DNA from: a virus
Virus record (IMG/VR): IMGVR_UViG_3300017773_000004
Coordinates: 5,056-69,055 of that record
DNA length: 64,000 nucleotides
Strand: one strand, 5' to 3'
Shown here: positions 18,938 to 28,484 of the stretch, piece by piece
Layout: every line of letters begins with the position of its first letter
Numbering within the stretch: the stretch's first letter is position 1
Program-made: the position numbers and the translations under genes
The notes under the pieces: model-generated
What the model was told of the DNA's origin: nothing
Databases searched by the model: none
What the model saw: only the letters and a program-made list of their open reading frames with translations

Positions 18938-21900
18938 ATGGCATTACGAAATATACATGATGATATTATAACGGCGCTACAGAATCGAGTGCCTCTTTTA
19001 ACCTATCATTTGATAAAATTTGAAAAACCTTCAAGTCTGCAAAAAGCTACTCGAAGAACTGATTTTTCGTATCTTACAGATGCTCCTTATGATGTAGACT
19101 ATGATGAAGATGGAGATAACTCTACCAATGGCTATAAGGCAGGGGGAGTTGTAAAAATAGGAAAAGTACAAGAGGCAATAGAAGCAAAAGCCACTAAAAT
19201 GAGCTTAACTCTTTCGGCCACTAAGCTAGGAGCAACTTGTATTGCACAGGCTACTATGGCAGATACTCCGACTACTCCGGTCGCAGCAACTAGTAGTGGA
19301 GAAGGGACTGCAGGAATACTTAATTTAGATTTTGATATTTTTTCAGCAGGCTTTTATGTAGGAGACACTATAAGCCTAACTCGAACTGATGAAGGAACAT
19401 TCCCTAAAAATACAAATTTTAACCTTGTTAATCCAGCCGCTCCAACTGCACTTACGCTCAAAATTGATAAAATTCGAGGCGATGGAAAAACAATTGAAGT
19501 AACAAGTCTAGAAAAAGAAGGAATTGTAGCCTTTACTAACGTCGAGTGTAATATAGATTATGTTAATCCGGAAGTAACTACTCTTACTGCAAAAAATATA
19601 GGCTCTTTAAGCTATGAAAGTTATGTGAATAGAAGCGTAGAAATTTATAGAGTTTTTGCACATCCCGATACGGGAATTATAATTGGTAGTCCTTTTCTAT
19701 ATTTTAAAGGCGTTATTGCTCAGGGCACTCTCAATGAAAAAATTTCGGGGGAGCCTACGATTACTTGGTCTCTAACTAGCCATTGGGGAGATTTTATTAG
19801 AATACAAGGACGATTAACTTCAGACGAATTTCATAGAGGATTAGATTCGGCAGGATATATTTTAGAAAATACAGCATTAAAACCGCAATATGCTAGTGAT
19901 TTTGGATTTGAGCATGCAGATAAATCATTAAATGTTCTAGCAAAGTATACAGGCACGGACTCTCGGCTAAAATCTCGTAGAAGGGGAGGCCTTGCGGGTA
20001 TGATGGGCGGCAGAAAATACTCTACAGAATATTTTGAAGTTGAAAAACAGCTTGATCTAAGACTAAATCTAGAGTCGAGACATATTCCAGTTGTTTATGG
20101 AGTGCAAAAAATTGATTCCTTTCCTGCATTTGCAGATGTAATAATTACTCCGGACATTACTCCGGGACAGACAGGCTCAAATTCAAGTCAATTTACTGGT
20201 GGATTTACAACTATGTATTCCGCAAATGTGCTGTGTGAAGGGCCTATTTCAGCATTGTTTGATGTATTTGTAGATGATGAGAGTTTAGTCTGTAAAGATG
20301 AGTCAGATAAAAGTGTACGAGAAATGGGCACACTTCCTACGGGAACTACTGACACTACTGACACTGTAAAAGGGGTTGCTTGTTTCGGCTCGATGGAGAA
20401 AGGAGATGTAGCAGGCGGATCCTATTTTAATCAAGTTTCTGCACAAGCAGGAGGTCAAATAGCCTCAACACCCTACGGTACTTTTATAATAAGTGGGGGA
20501 ACAAACCCTGAAGGCTTGGATATACAAGTATCTATGATTCTACCTGATGGTAGTATAGTAAGTGGAATAAACGAAGCTCAGTTTGACTCGGAAAATAATC
20601 AAATAGGTGGGTATTTCCCACAAAGTGACCCAGAGCAAAGAGGAGTTTTACACGAAAGAAGCTTAGGGCCTTTGCCCCAAGCTAAAAATTTAAAATTAAC
20701 TTTTCATTCTGGAAAAGATGACCAAGAAGCAAATAAAATTTTAATGAATAAAGCTGCCGGAGAAGGCAGTACAACCCCCCTATTTTTAGGGCAACAACAA
20801 TATACAAAACTAGGACTAGATCCTGGAACATACTGGGGACAGTCTCATAGATTGCTGGATACTGCATACGCAGTACTTGAAGATAAAGTTAGTGATACAG
20901 ATGCACAACTTCCTGATATAAGTTATGTTGTAAAAGGAAAATTTGTAAATTGTTTTAATTATGATGGAACTTACAGAAATAATCTGGTAAACGACCCTAA
21001 TAGTGCACAGCATGTTGGTTATTTTGATTTAGCGGACAATGTACTTATTGAGCCCCACTACAGATCGGGGGCAAAGTATAATGCCACTATTATTGATAAG
21101 TGGTTCTTTGTGGACATGAACGGAGAGTATGATTATAGGTTCCGATTCAAAGCAGGACTCAAAGGAATAGTAAGTGTTCAAAATGTTGATGAGCTAAATG
21201 TATTTTCTGTATTTTCAGCGCCGGGTATACGTACAGGCGACAAAGTTAAATATAAAGCAAGTGGCACGGCGATTTCAGGATTAGTAAATAATACAGAATA
21301 CTTTGCTATTTATGATCCTAACTCCTCAGGATCAATTAAACTCGCATCCACAAAAGAAAATGCAGTAGCAGGGACTACTCTTAGTATACCAACACAAACA
21401 CTTCCTACAGGAACTCATGACCTAGAACTATTATTTTTAGATGAGCAATTAATTAATGATGGAATAAAAAGATTTGTTGTTGAAAATCCAACCCAAGTTA
21501 CCATTGGAGGACAACTGGTTACTCCTAATTTTACTTGTACTTCGGAAACTTATGGCGGAGGAGCCAACATTGATGTTTCAAATGTCGAATATACTAGTGA
21601 AAGGTATATTCATCAACAAACTTCTAGCCCTCTTGTAAACTTTCCTATTTCTATAAAACGAACAGTTACTCGCGGAAAACAGATAAACACGAATATGTTT
21701 TCAAATGAATTTGGAATTGATACGGACGACAAGGTAACTGTTATGGGTCAACCGATTCCGAAAGCTTTACTCACAATGTTTTCGGGTTTGGTCGACGCTG
21801 CTCGTGCAGCAGCAATTGCCAACTCCAACGGTGCACTTACAACCGCTAATTTTTTTACAGACGCAAGTGGAGCTTTTCTAGCTCTTCCAGTAGGTGATGC

Positions 21901-24900
21901 ATACGAATATGAAATCGATTTTTCTGGAACCCCCGCACTAGCAAGAAATCTTATAAGAGCAATAAAAGGTGCACCAGCTGCTGCACAAGCAATTGACTTA
22001 CAGATAAAACGAGAGCATAAAGGCGGTAACGTTGTAAATGGAGTTTTGCAAGACGGAATAACTGTAGAAGTAAGTCCTTTTACAACTGTGAGTGGCTGGC
22101 CCGGACTTACCGCTGCTTATGACGAAAGCACTGATAAAATAATAATTAAGGGCTTTAATACTCAACTAGACGAACTATTTGATGCTGTAGATACAACGGC
22201 TCCAGGACCTGGGCAATTCGATAGTAATAATTCTAATCAACAACAAGTAAATACAGATACAAAAGTACATTCATCTAATGTTACTGCAACTTTACAGTTC
22301 TTTCAAGTTGTAGTTCAAGATACGACAAGTCCAGTTATAGATACAACTGATGCAGATACATTAGATGGAACTACTATTACTTTTAAGAAAGAAAATGTTG
22401 AGGATAGAACAGTAGGACTAGCATATCCAAGTATTACTGCAAACCCAGTAGCCAATACTCCGGGAAACCCCGGAAGTCTTAATATTGCACTTAGAAATGC
22501 TAACTTATTAATACTTACGGAACATTTAAATACTACAGACCACGGAGGAACCTCAACATATTCCTATGGCGGACGAAGCTATGAAGGTAGTGCTGTTCCC
22601 TCTAAATCTGATCGTAGAGTTTCAACTAATCCCGCATTACAGTTATTAGACTACTTAAGAAGCACTACATATGGTAAAGGACTCTCCGATGATCTTTTAA
22701 ATATTGAGTCTTTTCGAGAAACTGCACGAGCATGCGATCAGCAGTCTCGCGTAACAGTTCTTGGTTCTCATATACGGCCTCCTGCACATATAAGTGTGGG
22801 AGATGTATACGAGTATAGATTCAGTAGTAAAGTATTTTTTAGAGGTACTCTTGAAGAAGTATCCAATACAATACAACATACTGTTGTAGAGTACGATTCA
22901 ACCACAAATACTTCAACTACAGTAACTAGAAATTATATACAGTATACTTTTAAAGATGTAATTGGAAAACTTGGAAGAAAGTGGTATAGTTACACTAAGT
23001 ATCACCGAGGAGAAATTGTATGGACAGTAGACGGAAAAGCCCTTATTGTAGATTCCGGATCCATCAGCGGACCTTATCCTAAAACCATATCACAGCCGGA
23101 CAGTCCGCTACCTCAAGCTACCATAAGTGCTGGATATACGGGCGGAAGTGCCACAGGAGGGGTGGCTTACCTTACTAAAGTAAGTGGCGCATCAAATAGC
23201 GATACGGAACTGCATCTAGATACTGAGCAGCACTCAGGAAGTACGGGAAATCCTATTGTCAAAAAATTGCTTGGTGATGGTAGAATTGCTTCTGGCTATG
23301 ATTTGTATGATTCTTGTGACGTAAGATACTGGAAATATTTAGGCTGGGAAGAAAGAACTCAGCGACACGCTACGCGCCATCAAATGAATCAAACTATTGA
23401 TACGAGTGCTCCTCTCTTTGATAACGTAAATCAGATGCTTACACAGTTTAATGGAATTCTTCGATATTCTAATGGAAAGTATGAGTTAGATTTAAAAACT
23501 AAAGCGCCCACTACTATTAGTTCCCTTGAACAAATAACCACTGACAAAATTGTTGGTGATATAAAAATAACTGATAAAGGAATTAGTAAAACATACAATT
23601 CTGTTACTACTGGCTATATTGATCCACAAAATGGATTTAACTCAAAAAATATAACATACTACAATTCGAATTATAAAAAAGAAGATAAAGGAATTTCTCG
23701 TCAAGGTCAGTATAAAGCACCGGGAATCACAAATTATTTTAATAACCGAATGAATATCAAGCAAATGCTTGATGAGTCTCGTTCTGGTCTTACTGCTACT
23801 TTTACAGGCTCTCCAGAAACTTATGTATTACTTCCGGGTAATATTATAGACATTACTTACGAAAGATTTAACTGGACAAATAAACTCTTTCGCATACAAT
23901 CCATGAGCCCCCGAGACGATTTATTAGTAGATTTTACAGTTGTTGAACATAATGATGATGCTTACGTACTTGAGGCTCTTCCTTCAGATTTAGTAGAGGC
24001 TACTTATCCAGAGGGTCCCGGATTCCCTGTAGTTAACCCTATTGCTCCAACTGGGCTTACTGCAGTAGGAACTACTGATGGAATACGTCTTAACTGGAAT
24101 AATGTAGTCAACTTTAGTCAAGAAACGCACATAATAGAGGTTTGGAGAAGTACGAATTCTAGTTTTAGTACTTCTTTTCCTACCTTTGGCACAGCGAATG
24201 ATGTAGAAAAACCCCATAAAACATCTTCTGTAAATACTACAACCGATGATGCGAATCTTGATCCTGATCTTACATATTATTACTGGATTCGATATGCACT
24301 ACCTTCTAATAAAGGTAGTCCTGGAGTAAGAAATTTTTCAAGTTTTCATCCTCAAAGAAATGAACCCGGCGTTAGTGCTACCGCTCTAGATAATAGATCT
24401 TATAGTGTAGACTTTTTTGGGCCTCAAACAGCAAACTATGATGCTGCAGGGGATCTGTTGTCTGGAAGTACTTTTACATATACTGCAACAGCTTTTAACT
24501 TTTTAGATCCAAGATTTAAGTTTACATTTGACGGCGCAGCAGAGCCCTCATTTACTGCCCCTGCAAGTGGTTTTCAAAAAACTTTTAATATAACTGTTCC
24601 ATCAACTATCTTTACCGGTGTAAAAGACATAAAGGTTGAAATTCAAGAAGGTGCGGCGGGGGGCACAAAAATAGAAGAAACACTTACGTTGACGGCCGTT
24701 CAACAGCCCCAAACTCAAAAAACAGTAGAACTGTTTAAAAAGTTAAATAATGTTAATACTACAACAGGTATTACAAATCCTACGCAGCAAACATTTGCAA
24801 ATCCTACAAATGGTATTTCGGGATGGTCAACAACTCAGCAAGATCTTACTCAAAATCTAGATGTAATCTTTATGGTAGAAAGAGTCTTTACAACGGACGG

Positions 24901-27454
24901 TCTTTCTCCTCAAGATGCAACTTGGTCAACTCCAGTAATTGTAGCTAGGCGAAATGATGGCATTACCGGCCCCCAAGGCCCGGGTACTCCGCAAATGGAT
25001 TTAACCAATGAAAATCACAGTGTTACAGCAGATAATGCTGGAAATGTTCTTAATAGTAATTTTCCGGGTGCAGTCACTGCTGCTATTATTTATGAAGGTG
25101 GAACAAATGTAACAAATAATTGGACTTTTGCTACTCCTGTGCAGAGTCACCCAGGATTAGGATTTAGCTGGAATAGTACTTCAAAAGTTCTTCAGATCAC
25201 TTCCATGTCCGCAGCACTAACAGAAGCAACAGTTACTATTAGTGCTAGCTATCTAGGCACTACTTTAACTAAAACATTTACTATAACTAAAGTTAATGCG
25301 GGATCAGCGGGAGACGAGGGAGAGTCCGTAAACATTATATTTGGTAGATTCTCTACACCTCCGAATGCACCCGCAGACTCTACTAGTCCTAACAATAGTA
25401 TTGGATGGTATGATGATCCTCCTGCAGACCAAGGAAATCCTTTATATGCTTCGAGAGGCACAAAAGCTTCAGGAGCAACTAATTTTGTCTGGAGTACCCC
25501 CTATAGAGTTGATGGTGATTCAGTAGCAGAAGTCTATGTTTACTCTGATGTTGTTACTGGAACCACAATACCAACTCCTCCTACGTCGTCAACATATAAC
25601 TTTAGAACTAGTACTCTTACTATTAATAACGCTAGCTGGAACAAGAATCCTCCAAGTCTAGTAAACGATGGAGACCAAATATACGTGTCCGTAGGATTAG
25701 CTGCAGGCACCCCTAGAGGCACCCCGACCGTTACTTTTGGGCCTGCAGCACGATATGCAGTGAAAACAGATGGAAACGATGCAGTAGTATATAGTTTGAA
25801 TATAGTTCCTTCAGTAATCAAAAAGACAATACCAGCCACTGGTTCTGCAACTTTTGATTTTACTACTCTAAATGTTTCAACAATTAAAACAGCAGGAACT
25901 ACTGTAACACAGTCACCTTTGCCTGCAAATGAAGTAACTATAAAGGCGTATCTAAATTCAGCGAACAGCGCCCATGCCACTAGCAGTAATGGTAATATGA
26001 CTCTTACCTCATCTGGTGATTATGGTTCTGCTAGTTCAATTAAATTTGAGCTAATCAAAAACAATGTTGTTATAGATACCGAAACAGTACCTATTTTGGA
26101 ACAAGAGCAAGGGGATCCGGGCCCAAGAACTATTCAAGGATACCTGTACTATAGAAAAACAGGACCTAATCATGCATTCGCTCCATCCGCTCCTAGTGGT
26201 AATACATATACTTTTTCAACAGGAGTGGTAACAGGCACCGATATTAATGATGCAGCAAATCCCCCGAACAATGTATGGCAAAACCAGCCTCAAACAACAA
26301 ATGCAGCGGCACAAGAAACAATCTGGACTGTTCGATACTACGGAACAGAAGCTTCCTCAGGAGCTACTTCAATAGCTGTAAATTACTCAAGTGTTGTTCA
26401 ACATACTAATTTTACAGGAATAGTTACTTTTAGCTCGGGAACTCAATTAACTGATGGTAGTGTTACTATTGACCCACTTACAGCAAATGAAGTAAATGGC
26501 ACCTCGGGAGTCACTCAAACAATAATTGATGGAGCAAATATAAGCGCAGGTTCAATTCGAGCTGGAAACTTCGTGGGTGATGTTACTGAAACTTATACGC
26601 TTTCTTATGGAGATCAACAAGCAGGTATTGCAGCATCTTTTACTCAATCTAGTACTAGCACTTTTCACTTTTACATACCGGCCCCTAAAGATAATGGTAC
26701 AACGCTGAATGGAGTCTCTGCAAATGTTGCGAGATCGCTTTTTGGAAATATGCACGTAGTTTTAGAAAGTAGTAGTCAGTATATTATTCGTGCATACACT
26801 GAAATTTTCTTAAGAAGCGGAACAATATTTGGGCAGGCAACTGGTACGATGTACAGACAAAACTGGAGTGGCTATTCTTTCATTTCTTCCTACCCAGTGT
26901 CCCCTTTCAGTGGTTCCGCGCTTAAGTATTTAGAGATATATGGAAATAAAATGGGCGAACTAAATACTGGGGGGCTGCTCTATAAACATGGAGGTACAGG
27001 AGGCTACTCTCCTATAGTTAGTTTAGAGTATTTTCCTACAGGGGCTCTATACCACGGCTATGAGTGTACTCGAGTCTACTTTTATAGTAATAATAGTCTT
27101 AGTTCAAACAATAGAGCCAATCTTAAAGGTACTTTTAGTCCTAGTTACATGATTTGGGAACATTGGCCTAGTACCTATAACACTAGTTTATCTACCAGTC
27201 CTAGCATAGCACAGGTTTCTATGCGAGCCAGAATAGGGGGTATTTATAAAGCTTCTGGGCCTGGAATTTGTGTAATGCCCATAAACTTTAGACTGCCAAA
27301 AAGAGTTCATACGTCTCCAGTTCAATTAACTGCAAAAACGACTATTGTACATCATACAACTAATAGTGTTAATAATAGCACGAATCCAACAGGAGGCTCT
27401 ACCATCCCTGTATCCGTGCGTTTTGTAGGAGGAACTTTTGGCTATTCAGTATAA
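18938..27454 (+). CDS. giant tail-tip / baseplate hub protein with central fibre (pb3-like plus pb4-like; gpJ-like)
   Basis: Hub motifs YLTDA, LTSHWGDF, IPVVYG, LCEGPI, NPALQLLDYLR...YGKGL and tip-attachment region YNSV...YIDP; FnIII-like PTGLTA...LNW...YYYWIRY; C-terminal IDGANISAGSI. Confidence 0.85.
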   Translation: MALRNIHDDIITALQNRVPLLTYHLIKFEKPSSLQKATRRTDFSYLTDAPYDVDYDEDGDNSTNGYKAGGVVKIGKVQEAIEAKATKMSLTLSATKLGATCIAQATMADTPTTPVAATSSGEGTAGILNLDFDIFSAGFYVGDTISLTRTDEGTFPKNTNFNLVNPAAPTALTLKIDKIRGDGKTIEVTSLEKEGIVAFTNVECNIDYVNPEVTTLTAKNIGSLSYESYVNRSVEIYRVFAHPDTGIIIGSPFLYFKGVIAQGTLNEKISGEPTITWSLTSHWGDFIRIQGRLTSDEFHRGLDSAGYILENTALKPQYASDFGFEHADKSLNVLAKYTGTDSRLKSRRRGGLAGMMGGRKYSTEYFEVEKQLDLRLNLESRHIPVVYGVQKIDSFPAFADVIITPDITPGQTGSNSSQFTGGFTTMYSANVLCEGPISALFDVFVDDESLVCKDESDKSVREMGTLPTGTTDTTDTVKGVACFGSMEKGDVAGGSYFNQVSAQAGGQIASTPYGTFIISGGTNPEGLDIQVSMILPDGSIVSGINEAQFDSENNQIGGYFPQSDPEQRGVLHERSLGPLPQAKNLKLTFHSGKDDQEANKILMNKAAGEGSTTPLFLGQQQYTKLGLDPGTYWGQSHRLLDTAYAVLEDKVSDTDAQLPDISYVVKGKFVNCFNYDGTYRNNLVNDPNSAQHVGYFDLADNVLIEPHYRSGAKYNATIIDKWFFVDMNGEYDYRFRFKAGLKGIVSVQNVDELNVFSVFSAPGIRTGDKVKYKASGTAISGLVNNTEYFAIYDPNSSGSIKLASTKENAVAGTTLSIPTQTLPTGTHDLELLFLDEQLINDGIKRFVVENPTQVTIGGQLVTPNFTCTSETYGGGANIDVSNVEYTSERYIHQQTSSPLVNFPISIKRTVTRGKQINTNMFSNEFGIDTDDKVTVMGQPIPKALLTMFSGLVDAARAAAIANSNGALTTANFFTDASGAFLALPVGDAYEYEIDFSGTPALARNLIRAIKGAPAAAQAIDLQIKREHKGGNVVNGVLQDGITVEVSPFTTVSGWPGLTAAYDESTDKIIIKGFNTQLDELFDAVDTTAPGPGQFDSNNSNQQQVNTDTKVHSSNVTATLQFFQVVVQDTTSPVIDTTDADTLDGTTITFKKENVEDRTVGLAYPSITANPVANTPGNPGSLNIALRNANLLILTEHLNTTDHGGTSTYSYGGRSYEGSAVPSKSDRRVSTNPALQLLDYLRSTTYGKGLSDDLLNIESFRETARACDQQSRVTVLGSHIRPPAHISVGDVYEYRFSSKVFFRGTLEEVSNTIQHTVVEYDSTTNTSTTVTRNYIQYTFKDVIGKLGRKWYSYTKYHRGEIVWTVDGKALIVDSGSISGPYPKTISQPDSPLPQATISAGYTGGSATGGVAYLTKVSGASNSDTELHLDTEQHSGSTGNPIVKKLLGDGRIASGYDLYDSCDVRYWKYLGWEERTQRHATRHQMNQTIDTSAPLFDNVNQMLTQFNGILRYSNGKYELDLKTKAPTTISSLEQITTDKIVGDIKITDKGISKTYNSVTTGYIDPQNGFNSKNITYYNSNYKKEDKGISRQGQYKAPGITNYFNNRMNIKQMLDESRSGLTATFTGSPETYVLLPGNIIDITYERFNWTNKLFRIQSMSPRDDLLVDFTVVEHNDDAYVLEALPSDLVEATYPEGPGFPVVNPIAPTGLTAVGTTDGIRLNWNNVVNFSQETHIIEVWRSTNSSFSTSFPTFGTANDVEKPHKTSSVNTTTDDANLDPDLTYYYWIRYALPSNKGSPGVRNFSSFHPQRNEPGVSATALDNRSYSVDFFGPQTANYDAAGDLLSGSTFTYTATAFNFLDPRFKFTFDGAAEPSFTAPASGFQKTFNITVPSTIFTGVKDIKVEIQEGAAGGTKIEETLTLTAVQQPQTQKTVELFKKLNNVNTTTGITNPTQQTFANPTNGISGWSTTQQDLTQNLDVIFMVERVFTTDGLSPQDATWSTPVIVARRNDGITGPQGPGTPQMDLTNENHSVTADNAGNVLNSNFPGAVTAAIIYEGGTNVTNNWTFATPVQSHPGLGFSWNSTSKVLQITSMSAALTEATVTISASYLGTTLTKTFTITKVNAGSAGDEGESVNIIFGRFSTPPNAPADSTSPNNSIGWYDDPPADQGNPLYASRGTKASGATNFVWSTPYRVDGDSVAEVYVYSDVVTGTTIPTPPTSSTYNFRTSTLTINNASWNKNPPSLVNDGDQIYVSVGLAAGTPRGTPTVTFGPAARYAVKTDGNDAVVYSLNIVPSVIKKTIPATGSATFDFTTLNVSTIKTAGTTVTQSPLPANEVTIKAYLNSANSAHATSSNGNMTLTSSGDYGSASSIKFELIKNNVVIDTETVPILEQEQGDPGPRTIQGYLYYRKTGPNHAFAPSAPSGNTYTFSTGVVTGTDINDAANPPNNVWQNQPQTTNAAAQETIWTVRYYGTEASSGATSIAVNYSSVVQHTNFTGIVTFSSGTQLTDGSVTIDPLTANEVNGTSGVTQTIIDGANISAGSIRAGNFVGDVTETYTLSYGDQQAGIAASFTQSSTSTFHFYIPAPKDNGTTLNGVSANVARSLFGNMHVVLESSSQYIIRAYTEIFLRSGTIFGQATGTMYRQNWSGYSFISSYPVSPFSGSALKYLEIYGNKMGELNTGGLLYKHGGTGGYSPIVSLEYFPTGALYHGYECTRVYFYSNNSLSSNNRANLKGTFSPSYMIWEHWPSTYNTSLSTSPSIAQVSMRARIGGIYKASGPGICVMPINFRLPKRVHTSPVQLTAKTTIVHHTTNSVNNSTNPTGGSTIPVSVRFVGGTFGYSV

Positions 27455-27465
27455 GGAGAGAAAAT

Positions 27466-27870
27466 ATGTCTTTTAATTGGAAAGTAACAGGAATGCTAAA
27501 AAATTCTGATGGTGGAGTTTATAGTGCTCATATTCACTGCTCTAAAGCAGAAACTATGGATGGAGTAGACCAGGTAGCAGATTTTGCTTATGTACTAACT
27601 TTTGAGCCCGATTCTACTTCAGCAAATTTTATTCCTTATGAAAGTTTAACCGAAGAAATAGTATTAGGGTGGGCGCATAACGGGGACTCGGAGTCTAAAG
27701 CCGAGGAAGACTGGATATTAGAAGTTGACGACTTGGGATACCCTACTATGGCCACATATGACAATTACAGTCACGGAAATGCGGATCCTAAAGCCTATGT
27801 AGAAATGATAGTAGAAGGTGAATTAGCGGAAATAAGAACTGCTACTGCACCTGCAGTTTTACCTTGGTAA
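27466..27870 (+). CDS. small acidic tail-associated protein, possible fibre chaperone
   Basis: AAGGAG RBS; FNWKV...FIPYESLTEEIVLGW...LPW pattern recurrent in aquatic phage tail regions. Confidence 0.55.
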   Translation: MSFNWKVTGMLKNSDGGVYSAHIHCSKAETMDGVDQVADFAYVLTFEPDSTSANFIPYESLTEEIVLGWAHNGDSESKAEEDWILEVDDLGYPTMATYDNYSHGNADPKAYVEMIVEGELAEIRTATAPAVLPW

Positions 27871-27880
27871 TCATACCCCC

Positions 27881-27921
27881 CAAAAATAAATCTTGACATT
27901 TTATGTCTGTATTGTTATAAT
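27881..27921 (+). promoter_or_regulatory. sigma70 consensus promoter with extended -10, heading the fibre/adhesin region
   Basis: CAAAAATAAATC, TTGACA (27893-27898), 17-nt spacer, TG-n-TATAAT (27916-27921). Confidence 0.9.
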
Positions 27922-27969
27922 CATTTTTAATTAAATATAAAAGCCTCCTCGTGAGTAAGTTAAACCTCA

Positions 27970-28302
27970 ATGGATATAATTCAAGTAGTAAAAGGCGATA
28001 CAGGCCCAAACCTTAGAGCAACTGTGACTCGCTCAGACACTGGAGGAGCTTTTGTAGGGACGAGTAACTGTATCTTGAAGATACGTAAAAAAGGAACTAC
28101 AGTAGTAATCTCAACGATTTCCCTTAATGCAGCTGCATCTAATCTTGCTACAGGAACATTAGTATTTCCTTTGTCCTCTTTCTTGACTGATAATAATACA
28201 GTAGAGGGATTTTATGAGGGAGAAATTACATTTACTCTGACAGATAATACTACTATGAGTGTATTTGAGCTAATAGACTTTAAAGTTAGAGAAGATTTCT
28301 AA
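27970..28302 (+). CDS. BppU-N-like / collar-type Ig-fold tail protein
   Basis: VKGDTGP.L...G.YEGEITF.......VFELIDFKVREDF pattern typical of BppU N-terminal-like proteins. Confidence 0.6.
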   Translation: MDIIQVVKGDTGPNLRATVTRSDTGGAFVGTSNCILKIRKKGTTVVISTISLNAAASNLATGTLVFPLSSFLTDNNTVEGFYEGEITFTLTDNTTMSVFELIDFKVREDF

Positions 28303-28303
28303 A

Positions 28304-28480
28304 ATGAAAAAAAGTTTAGTATATAAAGAGCCTGTTAAGCTATTCAATGTCCCTGAACGAGGCAAATATTATTCAAACGGCCCTATCCTTAATACCAGTA
28401 GTATTAGTATCCCAGTATTTTTTAAAAAGTCCTCGGATACTCCTCTACTTGCAACAGTAACGGTGGTAGGCACAACTTAA
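28304..28480 (+). CDS. small hypothetical protein (58 aa, not in the ORF track)
   Basis: ATG 28304 to TAA 28480 (MKKSLVYKEPVKLFNVPERGK...VTVVGTT) fills the gap between the two flanking genes almost exactly. Confidence 0.6.
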   Translation: MKKSLVYKEPVKLFNVPERGKYYSNGPILNTSSISIPVFFKKSSDTPLLATVTVVGTT

Positions 28481-28484
28481 ATAA

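Noticed and set aside
27922-27969. Anti-SD-like CCTCCT in the leader of the 27970 gene
   Set aside because: A single hexamer with no clear pairing partner; could be chance.
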